DNA from: Ostrea edulis
Taxonomy: Eukaryota
Direction of reading: 5' to 3'
Assembly: GCF_947568905.1 (NCBI RefSeq)
Contig: NC_079164.1
Location: 77,438,001-77,502,000 of the forward strand
DNA: 64,000 nt
In this document: one piece after another, positions 13,906 to 25,804 of the stretch
Numbering within the stretch: the stretch's first letter is position 1
Layout of the letters: each line of letters begins with the position of its first letter
The notes under the pieces: model-generated
Databases searched by the model: none
What the model saw: the letters and a program-made list of their open reading frames with translations, nothing else
What the model was told of the DNA's origin: nothing
Position numbers and translations under genes: made by a program

Positions 13906-15533
13906 AAACAAGAGGCCCAAGGGTCTAGAATCGCTCTTCTGATAAATTGTACAACCCCACCATTTCTATTCTTAGCCTCTTAGTATTCTAAATCTTTAGT
14001 TAAATCCTAAGAATTCAAAAAAAGTAGGTCAATGTGACCTACTTTTTGGTTTACACATTTTGAGAACCCAAGAAATATCAACTGACAAAGTTTGATGATT
14101 TTAAGCCCGAATTAGTATCTGAATATTGAAATATAGCTGTCAAATTCCAATCGTAGGTCATGGTGACCTACTTTTTGGTCAGCGAACTCCGAACATGCAA
14201 GACCCATCAACTGACAAAGTTTGATGACTGTAGGTCAAATAGTATCTGAATTATATAAATATAGCCATCCAATTTCAAAAGTAGGTCAAGGTGACCTACT
14301 TTTTGGTCGACACTCTTTGAACATGCAAGACGCATCAACTGACAAAGTTTGATGACTGTAGGTCAAATAGTAACTGAAATATATAAATATAGCCGTCCAA
14401 TTCCAAAAGTAGGTCACGGTGACCTACTTTTTGGTCGAAACCCTTCGAACATGCAAGACCCAACAACTGACAAAGTTTGATGACTGTAGGTCAAATAGTA
14501 TCTGAAATATATAAATATAGCCGTCCAATTCCAAAAGTAGGTCAAGGTGACCTACTTTTTGGTCGAAACCTTTCGAACATGCAAGACCCATCAACTGACA
14601 AAGTTTGATGACTGTACTACACTCCGAAGACTCAAGACGCATCAACTGACAAAGTTTGATTATCCTAGGTTTTATAGTGCCCAAAATATGCATCTAAAAT
14701 TGAAAATGTGAAATTTGAATATCTGCAAAATTCAAAAAGTAGGTCACTGTGACCTACTTTTTTATAAATATGTTTCAAGGCATCAAGATGCATTAACTTA
14801 CCAGATTTGATGATTCTAAACCTCTCGGTATTTGAAATAACAACTTAAAATATATCTATAAATGATAAGCCATAAAATTCAGAAAGTAGGTCACGGTGAC
14901 CTATTTTTCAGTTGACACATTTCAAGGTCCCATGATCCACCAACTGACAAGTTTTGATGATCATAGGCTTCAAAGTGTCCAAGATATGCATCAAAATTAT
15001 TTTTAAAATAAATACCTGCAAAATTCAAAAAGTAGGTCACCGTGACCTACTTTTGAAACAACTTGACACAAGGTTCTAAGATGCATCAACTGTCAAAATT
15101 TGATGATCCTAGTCCTTATAATGACTAAAATATCAAAGATTTAAGGAAATATAAATTTAGGTCAACTTTGAAGTGACTTTGAGACCACGCCCTTTGCCCC
15201 AGGGTAATGCCTTGAACAATTTTTAATCTACAACATATCCTCATCCTTATGTGTAAGTTTGGTGATAATCTGCCCAGTGGTTCTTGAGAAGAAGATTTTT
15301 TAGCAACCACTACTTTTGTTTGTATTTTCCTGATTATCTCCCCTTGTTAAAGGGTCACATCCCTCTATTTAGTATGTATGAAAGCCCTTGGGCCAATGAT
15401 ACCCTGTAACAAATTTGAAAAGAATTGGCCAAGGGGTTCTTGAGTTATAGCCCTTTTCCTAAAAAGTTTACGCACACCGCACAAATGGCCATAGCATTAG
15501 CTCTTTGAGCCTTCGGCTAATAAAGAGCTAATA
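13906..15533 (-). mobile_element. HINE with 128-147 bp tandem units, each carrying a 12-bp inverted repeat (ERE-like)
   Basis: Start AAACAAGAGGCCCAAGGGTC; end TAGCTCTTTGAGCCTTCGGCTAATAAAGAGCTAATAAA. GTAGGTCA recurs at 14024, 14153, 14281, 14409, 14537, 14739, 14886 and 15032. Confidence 0.8.
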
Positions 15534-15769
15534 AAGGGTGTCCGGGTAGTATAGAGTTAACATTATCTTGTTAAATCTATAAACATACATAAAAACCAGA
15601 ACAAACGCAATGCTCTATATGATAAACCTTGTACAAATTTTTAAAAATGAGTTTAATTTTTGGCTACTTTAAACAAAAATCTGAAAAATGGCTATAATGC
15701 AGTATTTTGTGACTTCATAATACCTGCAAATACAAACTACTGTGTAAATTTAATGTTATCACTTATAAT

Positions 15770-15860
15770 TGATTCATTGATTGTAACTTGCTTATAACGT
15801 CTCGCTCGAGAATTTTTCACTCATATGGAGATATCATCAAGACCGGTGAAGGGCTTCAAA
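15770..15860 (-). mobile_element. 3' fragment of the Meta/MESC-like SINE
   Basis: GAGAATTTTTCACTCATATGGAGATATCATCAAGACCGGTGAAGGGCTTCAAA matches the tail of the 1867-2204 SINE. Confidence 0.75.
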
Positions 15861-16229
15861 CACTTATCATGATGCACTTTCTAAATATCTTTCATGCCAA
15901 TTATTTCAAACATGGGCCTATGTGAATATCAACTAGTTTTAAATGAATTAATTGAAATTTCATTTTGTCGATTTTTTAAATGAATATTTTTTATTCAAAT
16001 ATTCATAATTTCTTTAAAAAGTATATCAAAAATTCTGTCCAAATGTCAATCATGCCACAGAATTTCATAGCATACACCACAGACTGCAAGATAAATTTAT
16101 ATACAAGAAACAGGTTGACACAATTTTAAGTGTCAAACAATGGCTGTAAATAATTTGTTTCATTTTACTGACCATATAAAATGTTAATTTTTGCATGAGC
16201 ACAATTAAAGTGTATCAATATGCAGATTA

Positions 16230-16526
16230 ATTTCCTTCTAAAATTTGATCCCCTACTGTTGCTTCACCTTACCCTCCAGGTTCATGATATGAATAAATTG
16301 GGATCTACTCTACCTGATGATGCTTGCATATTAATATGACTAACTATGGCTCTGCTGGTCTTGAGAAGAGGATTTCTCCCCATACATTTGTATGTAAAAC
16401 TTTGATCCCTTATTTTATAACTCCATCCTGAACTCCAGGGACATGATTTAAATAAACTTGAATCTGCACTACCTGTGGATGCTTGCAATATGACTAACAA
16501 CCACGGCATCTTTGCTTTAAATAAGA
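16230..16526. repeat. Two diverged satellite (Cg170-like) monomers
   Basis: AAAACTTTGATCCC, AAACTTGAATCTGCACTACCTG and CTTGAGAAGA motifs are shared with the 19287-23291 arrays but diverged. Confidence 0.6.
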
Positions 16527-17917
16527 TTTTTATGCATCCCATCCCCCTTTTGAAAAAAAGGGGGCATTATAATTGTTTTGCACCTATCGGTCAGTCAGTC
16601 TGTACAGGAAGTCTTGTCTGCTCAATATCTTGAGGACCCTTTGCTTGAAAGACATCAAACTAAAATAGTACACTGGTAAATCTTAAGGAGTAGACGACCC
16701 CCTTTTGATTTGAGGTTGTGGTCAAGGGTCAATCCACTCTGGACATAGGAATATACATGTACTGTCCACTCAATATCTTGAGAACCCTTTGCTTGTCAGA
16801 TAATTCAAACCTGGTATACTGGTACATCCTAAGTAGTAGATGAACCACATTGCTTTTGAGTTCACATGGTCAAAGGTCAAGGTTCAATCCACTTTCTACT
16901 CCTTAGGATGTACAAGTATACCAAGTTTGATGTCTGTCAAATATCTTTTTATGTCCAGAGTGGACTGACCCTTGACCTTTGACCATGTGACTTCAAAATC
17001 AATAGAGTTCATCTACTCCTTAGGATGTTCCAGTGTAATAAGTTTGATGTCTGTCAAGCAAAGGGTTCTTAAGATATTGAGTGGATAGTATATTCCTATG
17101 TCTATATATAGTTAGAACATTGACCATGTGACCTCAAAATCAATAGCCTTAGGGGTCATCTTTTCCTTTGCATGTACCAATGTACCAACTTTGATGTCTG
17201 TCAAGCAAAAGGTTCTCAAGATATTGAGTGGGCAGTATATTCCTATGTCCAGTTTGACCCTTGACCTCAACATTTATTCCTTTGATGTACCAAGTTTGAT
17301 GTCTGTCAAGTAAAAGGTTCTCAAGATATTGAGTGGACAGTACATGTATATTCCTATGTCCAGAGTGGATTGACCCTTGACCTGAAAATCAATAGGGGTC
17401 CACTTCTACTCATGAAATATCATAACAATGAATGGTTCTCAAGATATTGAGTGGACAACATGTGGTCTACTGACCGATATGCTAATGGACCAACAGACAG
17501 GTGTAAAGGAAAACATCACTTCTGTGAAGGGGGGGGGGGGCACAAATATAGGAGACAATATATTACTATGTCCAGTTTGACCCTTGAACTTTTATCATGT
17601 AAATCTAAAATTGATAGGGGTCATCTACTCTTTATGATGTAACAGTGTACCAAGTTTGATGTCTGTCAAGCAAAGGGTTCTCATGATATTGAGTGGACAG
17701 TATCTTCCTATGTCCAGTTTGACCCTTGACCATGTGACCTCAAAATCAATAGGGGTCATCTATACTCTTTAGGATGTACCAGTGTACCAAGTTTGATGCC
17801 TCACTCACTCAAGCAAAGGGTTCTTAAGATATTGAGCTGACAAGACTTGGTCTACAGACTGACCAATGGGTGCAAAACAATTAATATGTCCCCCTTTTCC
17901 AAAGAAGGGCATAAAAA
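16527..17917. mobile_element. Cluster of three copies of one HINE family, first copy inverted relative to the other two
   Basis: Terminus TTTTTATGC..CCCCCTTTTGAAAAAAAGGGGGCAT at 16527 (+). Reverse-complement termini lie at ~17510-17548 and 17885-17917. The ~140-150 bp units (AAGTTTGATGTCTGTCAAGCAAAGGGTTCTCAAGATATTGAG) switch strand at 16893/16894. Confidence 0.75.
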
Positions 17918-18423
17918 TATAGAAAGTGTATGTAAGGATTTCATGCCAAACACCCTAGGCACAATGTAATCCTGGACAAACATTGAAATGACTCTATCTG
18001 ATTTGGATTAGATGAAACAATGCTTTAGACCTTGTTTCCATTGTCAAAAATAAATAAACAAAATAAATTTTTGTCAAGAATCATTAATACTATCAAAAAT
18101 ACTTATGATAAGATACGTTTCTGTGGTTTTTTACTATACATGAAATATTTTATCCCACACAAATGCATAGCCTAAAAAACTTTCATATCATTATAACTGA
18201 CTGCCTCCTAGTGACCGTAATAAAGTAACACAGTATATATCTTAGAAAACAGTGACATTGTGGAGACGATAATAGTCCATGCATAAAATCCCCCATTTCC
18301 TCTAGGTCTTCAACTCTTGGAGCAGAATACCAATTCAGTTTTAACTTACTTATAGTTATATCTATTCCAGAGATAAGCTACAATAAACAAATTAGCAAAT
18401 ATTTCATGAACATAAACCCTTGA

Positions 18424-18668
18424 CTACAGTGCATTACTGAGAGATAAACTAGCAGTTACTGACGTTGCTTGTCCTATCATATGAACAATAATTGTTTGAA
18501 GTTTGCTGATGTCATCTAATGTGGTGACAGTTAGACCAAAGGAGGCCATTTCCAACAATCCTCTGGTGTTGCAGAGGCAGGATGGGATAAACTGAAGCGA
18601 AGAATATTCTTTACAGTCAGATTTCGCTGACGACACCCAAATGAGTACTCCAGCATATAGTAGTCTAT
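18424..18668 (-). CDS. Possible coding (terminal) exon of an unidentified gene
   Basis: Pyrimidine-rich acceptor TTGATTTCCTCAG (AG at 18670-18669), followed by a less AT-rich stretch open for 82 codons in one frame (RLLYAGVLIWVSS...LSNAL*) and 45 in another (IDYYMLEYSFG...WKWPPLV*). No family recognised and no partner exons found. Confidence 0.2.
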
Positions 18669-19286
18669 CTGAGGAAATCAATGGTTGCTTAATACAATTG
18701 TTTCATGCACACTCAAATCCCTTTTTCATGATTGATGGTCAAAATAAATGAAATTGTTACATTATATCCAGACTTATCAAGATCAATATGGGTGTAGAGT
18801 ACTTTTAAGGGATTTCACTATCACCATGACAATCATCACACTACACATTACATACTTATTTAAAATTTTGTTTCAATATATCTACCAATCAATCTTTTAA
18901 CATTGGAGAATCTTCAGAAGCAATTTAACATCAACGGCTCCTCTATAGAATTTTACCAATTGAAAGTTCATGTACAGTACCGTATTTGTCATGATTGGCA
19001 ATATGTATCATAATCAAGTGACCTAATAAAAGTTAGGATAAATAAAATGAATAGAATTCACTTAAGAGATGAACTGGATTGGTATATGATCAATTCTAGC
19101 AATAACCTACGGCTTGTCCTAATGGGAGTGGACCCCCCCCCCCCACCCCAGGGATCATCCAATATGGAACATGTTTGAAAGCATTTATAGCTGTGCATGA
19201 CCAGAAAGGCAAGAGTTTCACTTTTCATGTTTCACCTGAATACAAATTACAGAATATACTAAATTCATTTAACCTCAATATTTATC

Positions 19287-20389
19287 AACAAGAGGTCCAA
19301 GGGCCACATCACTCACCTGAGTCATTTTGGCCCAAATTTAAAGATTTTCCCTAGTTGTATGTAAAACTTTGATCCCTACTGTGGCCCCAACCTACCCCTG
19401 GGGCCATGATTTTTACAAACTTGAATCTGCACTATGGTCAGGAAGTTTTCATGTAAATGTAAACTTCTTTGGCCCAATGGTTCTTGAAAAGATTTTTAAA
19501 GATTTTCTCTACATATTTGTATGTAAAACTTTGATCCCCTATTGTGGGCCTCATCCTATCCCTGGAGGCCTTATTTTAACAAACTTGAATCTGCACTATG
19601 TCAGAAAGCTTTCATGTAAAATTCTACCTTCCTAGCCCAGTGGTTCTTGAGAAGATTTTTAAAGATTTTCGCTATACATTTTTATGTACAACTTTGATCC
19701 CCTATTGTGACCCCATCCAGCTCCCGGGGGTCATGATTTGAATAAACTTGAATCTGCAATATGTCAGGAAGCTTTCATATAAATTTCTACTTCCCTAGCC
19801 AAGTGGTTCTTGAGATGAATATTTTCCCTATATATTTGCATGTAAAACTTTGATCCCCTATCGTGGCCCCATCCTACCCCCTGGGGCCATGATTTGAACA
19901 AACTTGAATCTGCACTATGTCAGGAAGCTTTCATGTAAATTTCTACTTTCCTAGCCCAGTGGTCTTGAGAAGATTTTTAAAGATTTTCCCTATATATTTG
20001 TATGTAAAACTTTGATCCCCTATTGTGGCCCCATCCTGCCCCCCTGGGGCCATGATTTGAACAAACTTGAATCTGCATTATGTCAGGAAGCTTTCATGTA
20101 AAATTCAGCTCAGTTCTGGCTCACTGGTTCATGAGAATATTTTTAAATGACGTACCCCATCCTATTTTTGCATTTTTGTGCTTATCTCCCCTTTGATGGA
20201 AGCATGGCCCTTCATTTGAACAAACTTGAAAGCCCTTCACCCAAAGATGCTTTTGCTTAAGTTTGGTTGAAATTGGCCCTTTGGTTCTGGAGAAGAAGTT
20301 GAAAATGTGAAAAATTTACAAACCGACAGAAGACAGACAACAGGCGATCAGAAAAGCCCACTTAAGCTTTCAGATCAGGTGAGCTAAAA
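19287..20389 (-). mobile_element. HINE carrying ~5 monomers of the ~160-166 bp oyster satellite (Cg170/HindIII type)
   Basis: AACAAGAGGTCCAAGGGCCACATCACTCACCTGAG start; GAAAAGCCCACTTAAGCTTTCAGATCAGGTGAGCTAAAA end. AAAACTTTGATCCC recurs at 19363, 19525, ~19687, 19844 and 20006. Most monomers contain AAGCTT and GGCC sites. Confidence 0.88.
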
Positions 20390-21484
20390 CTCAAGAGGCC
20401 AAAAGATCAAAACAAGGTATGGCCAAGAAAATTGGCGATTTTTCAACTATGGTGTTATGTGTTTATCTATCTCTTATGTTTTGTTTTTACTTACCAAAGC
20501 TAAAGTCAACTAGACTTAAAGTATGAAAATGACATATAATATTTGATAGTGATGTCATAAAATCACGTCATATGGAGGGCATTTGGTGAAATCTGCTTAT
20601 TTTCAATGTAATATCAGTAAACTTATTATAAGATCCTAAAGATATTCCTCCATTATTAAATTTGTGGCGGTTATTGCGTGTGAAAGTTAATTATTTCTAT
20701 AAACAGTAAATCCAGAAATAAAATTGCAACACTATCGTTTACACGCTTACATCATATATATATACGTTGGAAAGTAATACTACATTAATAAACTTAGTAT
20801 TATTAAATAGGTGTGTATATGTACTGCACATCATCCTCATGCATCGTAATAACATCTACGCACCTACAATTGTGTCATCAGTTTGAAAGAAATCATCTGC
20901 ACTGCAAACAGTATTCTCTTTAAACAACAGGCCCATGGGCCACATTGCTCACCCGAGTCACATTGGCCCATATCTTAAGATTTTCCATACATATTCACAT
21001 GCAAAACTTTGGTCTCCATTGTAACCCCAATCTATTCCCGAGGGTTATGATCTTTACAAACTTGAATCTGCACAAAGTCAGGAAGCTTTCATGTAAATTT
21101 TTCTGCCCCAGTGATTCTTCAGAAGAAGATTTTTAATGATTTTTCCTATAAATTTGTATGGAAAACTTTAATCCCCTATTGTGGCCGCATTCTACCCCCG
21201 AGGGCCATGATTTTAACAAACTTGAATCTGCACTATGCCAGGAAGCTTTCATGTAAATTTCTACTTGCCTAGTCCAGTGGTTCTTGAGAAGAAGATTATA
21301 AAAGATTTTCCCTATATATATTTGTATGGAAAACTTTGATCCCCTATTGTGGCCCCATCGTATCCTCGGGGGCAACGAGTTTTACAAACTTTAATCTGCA
21401 CTATGTGAGGAAGCTTTCACGTAAATGTAAACTTCTTTGGCCCAATGGTTCTTGAGAAGATTTTTAAAGATTTTTTTCTATATA

Positions 21485-22714
21485 CAGCTTACTCCATTTG
21501 TATTGAAGTCGCTTATTTTGAAATATCGCTTAGTTTGAAGTAAAACAAAATCCCCAGTCTCAGTCTCTTATTTTCTTTGCATTAAAATATTGGTTAAATT
21601 GAAATTGCTTATATTGAAATATCCCTTATTTTGAAATCAATTATTGGTCCACTGAGTAGATAATGTATTGTTTTTATAATGGCTATATTGAAGTCACCTG
21701 TAAAGGTAGTCACATGCACCTAAAATGGTGGCTTCATAATTACACAGGTAGGTGTCAGTTAATTAGTTTCCCATGGATTACTTTTCAGTGTGTGTTTTTA
21801 TAGAAATAAAATTACAGTGGGGTATAAACACTCTTTTAACAGCTTGATGACAGGATCATTTGTAAAATTTGACCTCACCACAAAAAAAAAGGAAAACTTT
21901 ATCATTGGACAACAAATACAAATTAGTAACTGCAATAGATATAAGATATAATCTGAAATGACAATTTTGCTTAACCCCAGTAATTTCAAACACCTTACTG
22001 CTATCACGGTGCATTAAAAATAGTTTTTGCAAGACTGGATTCACATGAAAATCTCTAAATAAAGTCTATAACATCTGACTCGGACAACGACAATGTCTTT
22101 ACAGACAACACGATGCCACTTGCTTATGTTAGTGAACTTTATTTATGAAAAAAAACTTGTTCTGAAATTCTGAAGGTATAGACATACATGTACGTGTGTC
22201 AAACGTTTTCATGGCGATCGTTTCCAGGGAAGAACTTACTTCCGATATTATATACATGTACATACTGCAAGGGAAATATCGGTGGCGAGAGCAAAAACAA
22301 AATTCCGGATGAAAATGTGATGTACAATCAATCTCGTAATTGTAAGCGTAAATTTAAAAAGAAAAGAAGATTATGTACAGACGCTACCTAAAGTAGGTGA
22401 CGAAATTTTTGTATACATCAGAAATTGAAATATTCATTCTTGGTCAACTCAATAAGAAACAAAAGTTAACAAAACTCACATATTTTTTTTTAGAAATAAA
22501 AATCTTCAGTGGACTAATTTCAATCAATTATCTAAATGTTGTAAATTAATTGTGTAATGTAATAAATTCATATTTCTGCTTTCATAATCGGGATTGAGAT
22601 GCCAAATGAAGCCTCCGATATGGTCGACATTTCCGATTTCGCTTATTTTGAACTTCGGTTATATTGAAAGAAAAAGATTGGTCCCCTGAATTTCAATATA
22701 TTCGGAGTAAACTG
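21485..22714. mobile_element. Tc1/mariner (pogo/Tigger-like) non-autonomous element, 1.23 kb
   Basis: Left TA|CAGCTTACTCCATTTGTATTGAA; right end reverse complement TA|CAGTTTACTCCGAATATATTGAA. TA duplicated at 21483-84 and 22715-16. Repeated subterminal TCGCTTATTTTGAA motif. Removing it restores the host monomer. Confidence 0.78.
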
Positions 22715-22762
22715 TATTAGTGTGTAAAATTTTGATCCCCTATCGTGGCCCCATCCTACCAC

Positions 22763-22807
22763 TGGGTGGGTGGGTGGGTGGGTGGGTGGTTGGGGGGGGG
22801 GGGGGGG
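22763..22807 (+). repeat. (GGGT)n plus poly-G tract, G-quadruplex-capable
   Basis: GGGTGGGTGGGTGGGTGGGTGGGTGGTTGGGGGGGGGGGGGG read directly. Confidence 0.85.
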
Positions 22808-23457
22808 CATGATTTTAACAAACTTGATTCTGCACTATGTCAGGAAGCCTTCATGTAATCTCAGCTTTTCTGGCCGAGTGTTTCTTAAGAAGTAGATTTT
22901 TAAAACTTTTCACTATATATTTGTATGTAAAACTTTGATCCCCTATTGTGGCCCCATCCTACCCTCAGGGGTCATGATTTTAACAATGTGACTCTGCACT
23001 ATGTCAGGAAGGTTTCATGTGAATTTCAGCTCCTCTGGCCCAGTGGTTTAATTGATCTTGAGAAGAAGATTTTTAAATGACACCATCCTATTTTTGCATT
23101 TTTGTGATTATCTCCTCTTTGAAGAAGGCATGGCCCTTTATTTGACCACACTTGAAAGCCCTTCACCCAAGGATGCTTTTTGCCAAGTTTGGTTGAAATT
23201 AGCCCAGTGGTTCTGGAGAAGAAAATGAAAAGGTGAAACAAATTTTGATCAGAAAAGCTCAATTGAGCCGAAGGCTCAGGTGAACTAAAAAGTGGACAGG
23301 CATATCCTATATTCAGGATGTAGGCTATCGCCTGTACACTTCTCTAAAAAGAATATAATAATATAAGAAAGTTAAATAACAAACGTAGTAAATCTATTCT
23401 ACAATTGATTACAAAATTAATTATTGTGAATGCGCTGTCATTCCCGTACAATTACTA

Positions 23458-25150
23458 CAGACCCTGAAGCGTGTACTACACCTTCAAATCATTTCGTTTC
23501 GTTCAGTGCAAAGCGTTCACCATTCTTTGCAGACTGTTCAGCGTTTCGTGCAAACCGTTCACCGTTTCGTGCAGACTGTTCAGTGTTTCATGCAAACTGT
23601 TTCATACAAGAATCATTCCGTACATGACCAAGCCACCACCACAGAAACGTGCAGACCGTTCAAACCATGCCCTAAGAAACTTCAGATCGTGCAAAACATG
23701 CAAGTCATTTCGGCATGGGATCTAGGACAGGTGTACATTGTGGGGAATGCAAGCAATTATTTCAAAATTTCTCTAAGACGGACTTACAACTATGAAAAGC
23801 AAATAATTGAAACGAAACCGTCATTTTAATACCACCAGACAAAACAAAATCCAATACATTCCTAGCCCTTGAAGCAATTTTAACACCCTTGGTAATCTCC
23901 AGCAAGTGCAGAGAAATGATATATCTCTGCCCTTGGTAGTTTAGTGTTGTATGTAGGAATAATTTGTCTTGATACTTGTTTGATTAATTTTCTTTTTTCA
24001 AAATAAAAGATATATTTTTATTAAAATTTGTTTATCGAAACTGTCTCCATAATGCAAAGACCAACCTGTGTATAACTTGAATATTCTACACAAATTCCCA
24101 TTTTTTTTTTTACCACAATAGAGGTATTTGAAATTAACATTCGTACAGAAGGTTTGAAAATTAATTGGAGGGGGCAATTTAAAGACAAATACCACAATGT
24201 AATTAAAATAGATGTTAGATCTGCACCCATACTCGTATAAATAATTGAAGAATCTGTAAAGTTGCTGTAGTAAGTCATTATTTGTTAATACTTATTCATT
24301 CATATATTTGATTTATTTCTCAATCTATTTCCACCATATTTTATTGTTCCTTTTTGTTTTGTATTGCTCTTTTTTATCCAAGGTGACGGTTTCTTATCGA
24401 CTGACTACTATGATGCCTATATGTACCCCCCTCCCCGCCCCACCTGAGAATATGTTTCAGTCTTGCCTGATGAGATGTTTTTTAAAATCATTTCATCTGT
24501 TGTCATACATGTATACTGAAATGTTTATGTAACATCTGTGTTTGAGAAGAGACCTGTAATATACAAATTGCACATGCATTTTAACGACACTCAGAATGAA
24601 TACACATGCAAACAGCAAAACAGACGCGACCATTTCATTTTCAGTTTGAATGAATTGAATAGAGCAATGAATCAATAAAAGTTGAATAATCGATATTGAT
24701 ACAATTTTTACATCTTTTTCTTTTATATACAAAGCTAAAAAATATTCATTTGTTTTTATCCTAATTAATGTGTTCAGAAGTCATTGAGCTAATATGTAAC
24801 AATGGAATTGAAACCACACCGTGTATGAGCAATCATATTCAAAAATGGATAATCACCATTTCTTTCTCAATCTTTTTCAATATCTAGAATATTATCATTA
24901 TATTGAAATTATTTCATGTTTAAACAAACCCCAGGGAGAACCAAATAATGTCGATAAAAATGAAAGCCTGCAGGCCATGCCTACCATTTTGTGCAGACCA
25001 TTCAAAAAGCATGCAAGCCATGCCTACAAAGTGGTCAGCATTTTGTGAAAAGCATTCCATGCAAACAGTTTACCATTCCAAACAGACAGTTCAGCATTTC
25101 ATTCACTATTCCGTGCAAGTGGTGTGGTAGTATGCATCAGTTAGGGTCTG
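23458..25150. mobile_element. Putative 1.7-kb TA-flanked non-autonomous DNA element with 21-bp subterminal repeats
   Basis: TA|CAGACCCT at 23456-65 and AGGGTCTG|TA at 25143-52. TGCARACYGTTCASCGTTTCR 21-mers lie near the left end and related motifs near the right end. A further copy of one end occurs at 62530. Confidence 0.55.
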
Positions 25151-25804
25151 TATGATGTCAGAAAAAAATGACACTTTGCATATATGGCCGCCATTTTCAG
25201 CATAGAAGTTTTATTATCTAATCTGAATTACATAAATCATAGATACCATTGAATTGAGCAGAACCTACGCTTTTAACCCAGTTAAGCTTTATGGAGCTAA
25301 ATAACGTGGCATATTCTGCCAACAACGTACCTTTTTCTTTTGGGGAAAATCCACATACTAGTCTCTCACATGTTCAGACAAAATCATGTTTACAGACAGA
25401 CAGATGGATGGACAATCTTATTCTAATATAACCCCCACCTCGGGCTGGTTATATTAGTTTATTATCTCCCTGCAAACAGAGCCATGCAGTTCATTTCCTA
25501 CTGAATTTTTAAATCTAATTGTTAATAATTTCTTAAAGAATAAAAGTCTTAAAAGGTGCAGCATCAGCCTATTTTGACCCAAAGGTTGCAGACCTCATAT
25601 TTCTAATTCAATACTAGGAATTTTAATGCAATTGTTACAAATTTATGCAGTGTGACTTAATAAACACAAGTGCAGCTAGTTTATGCTCCCTTCCTCAATT
25701 TTCATAAAATAATTACAAATCATTCTTTTTATGTCTATAGTTTATATCTCTAGGTCTTCTATGTGCATGACCCTCTGTCATGAAGTCCTGGATCTACCAT
25801 TGAA

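Larger units (their letters stand above)
20922..23291 (-). mobile_element. HINE with the same satellite monomers, interrupted by a TA-targeting MITE
   Basis: AAACAACAGGCCCATGGGCCACATTGCTCACCCGAG start; AAAAGCTCAATTGAGCCGAAGGCTCAGGTGAACTAAAAA end. Monomers at 20960-21482 and 22717-23100. Confidence 0.85.

Noticed and set aside
23506-23829. 107-aa heptad-repeat ORF (and the 103-aa ORF at 62385) as coiled-coil genes
   Set aside because: The periodicity comes from 21-bp subterminal repeats of a dispersed element, and frames are not conserved between copies.
24466-24500. Hammerhead ribozyme core (CTGATGAG; CTGATGA also at ~8266 and ~45363)
   Set aside because: No suitably placed GAAA with flanking complementary stems could be found by eye.
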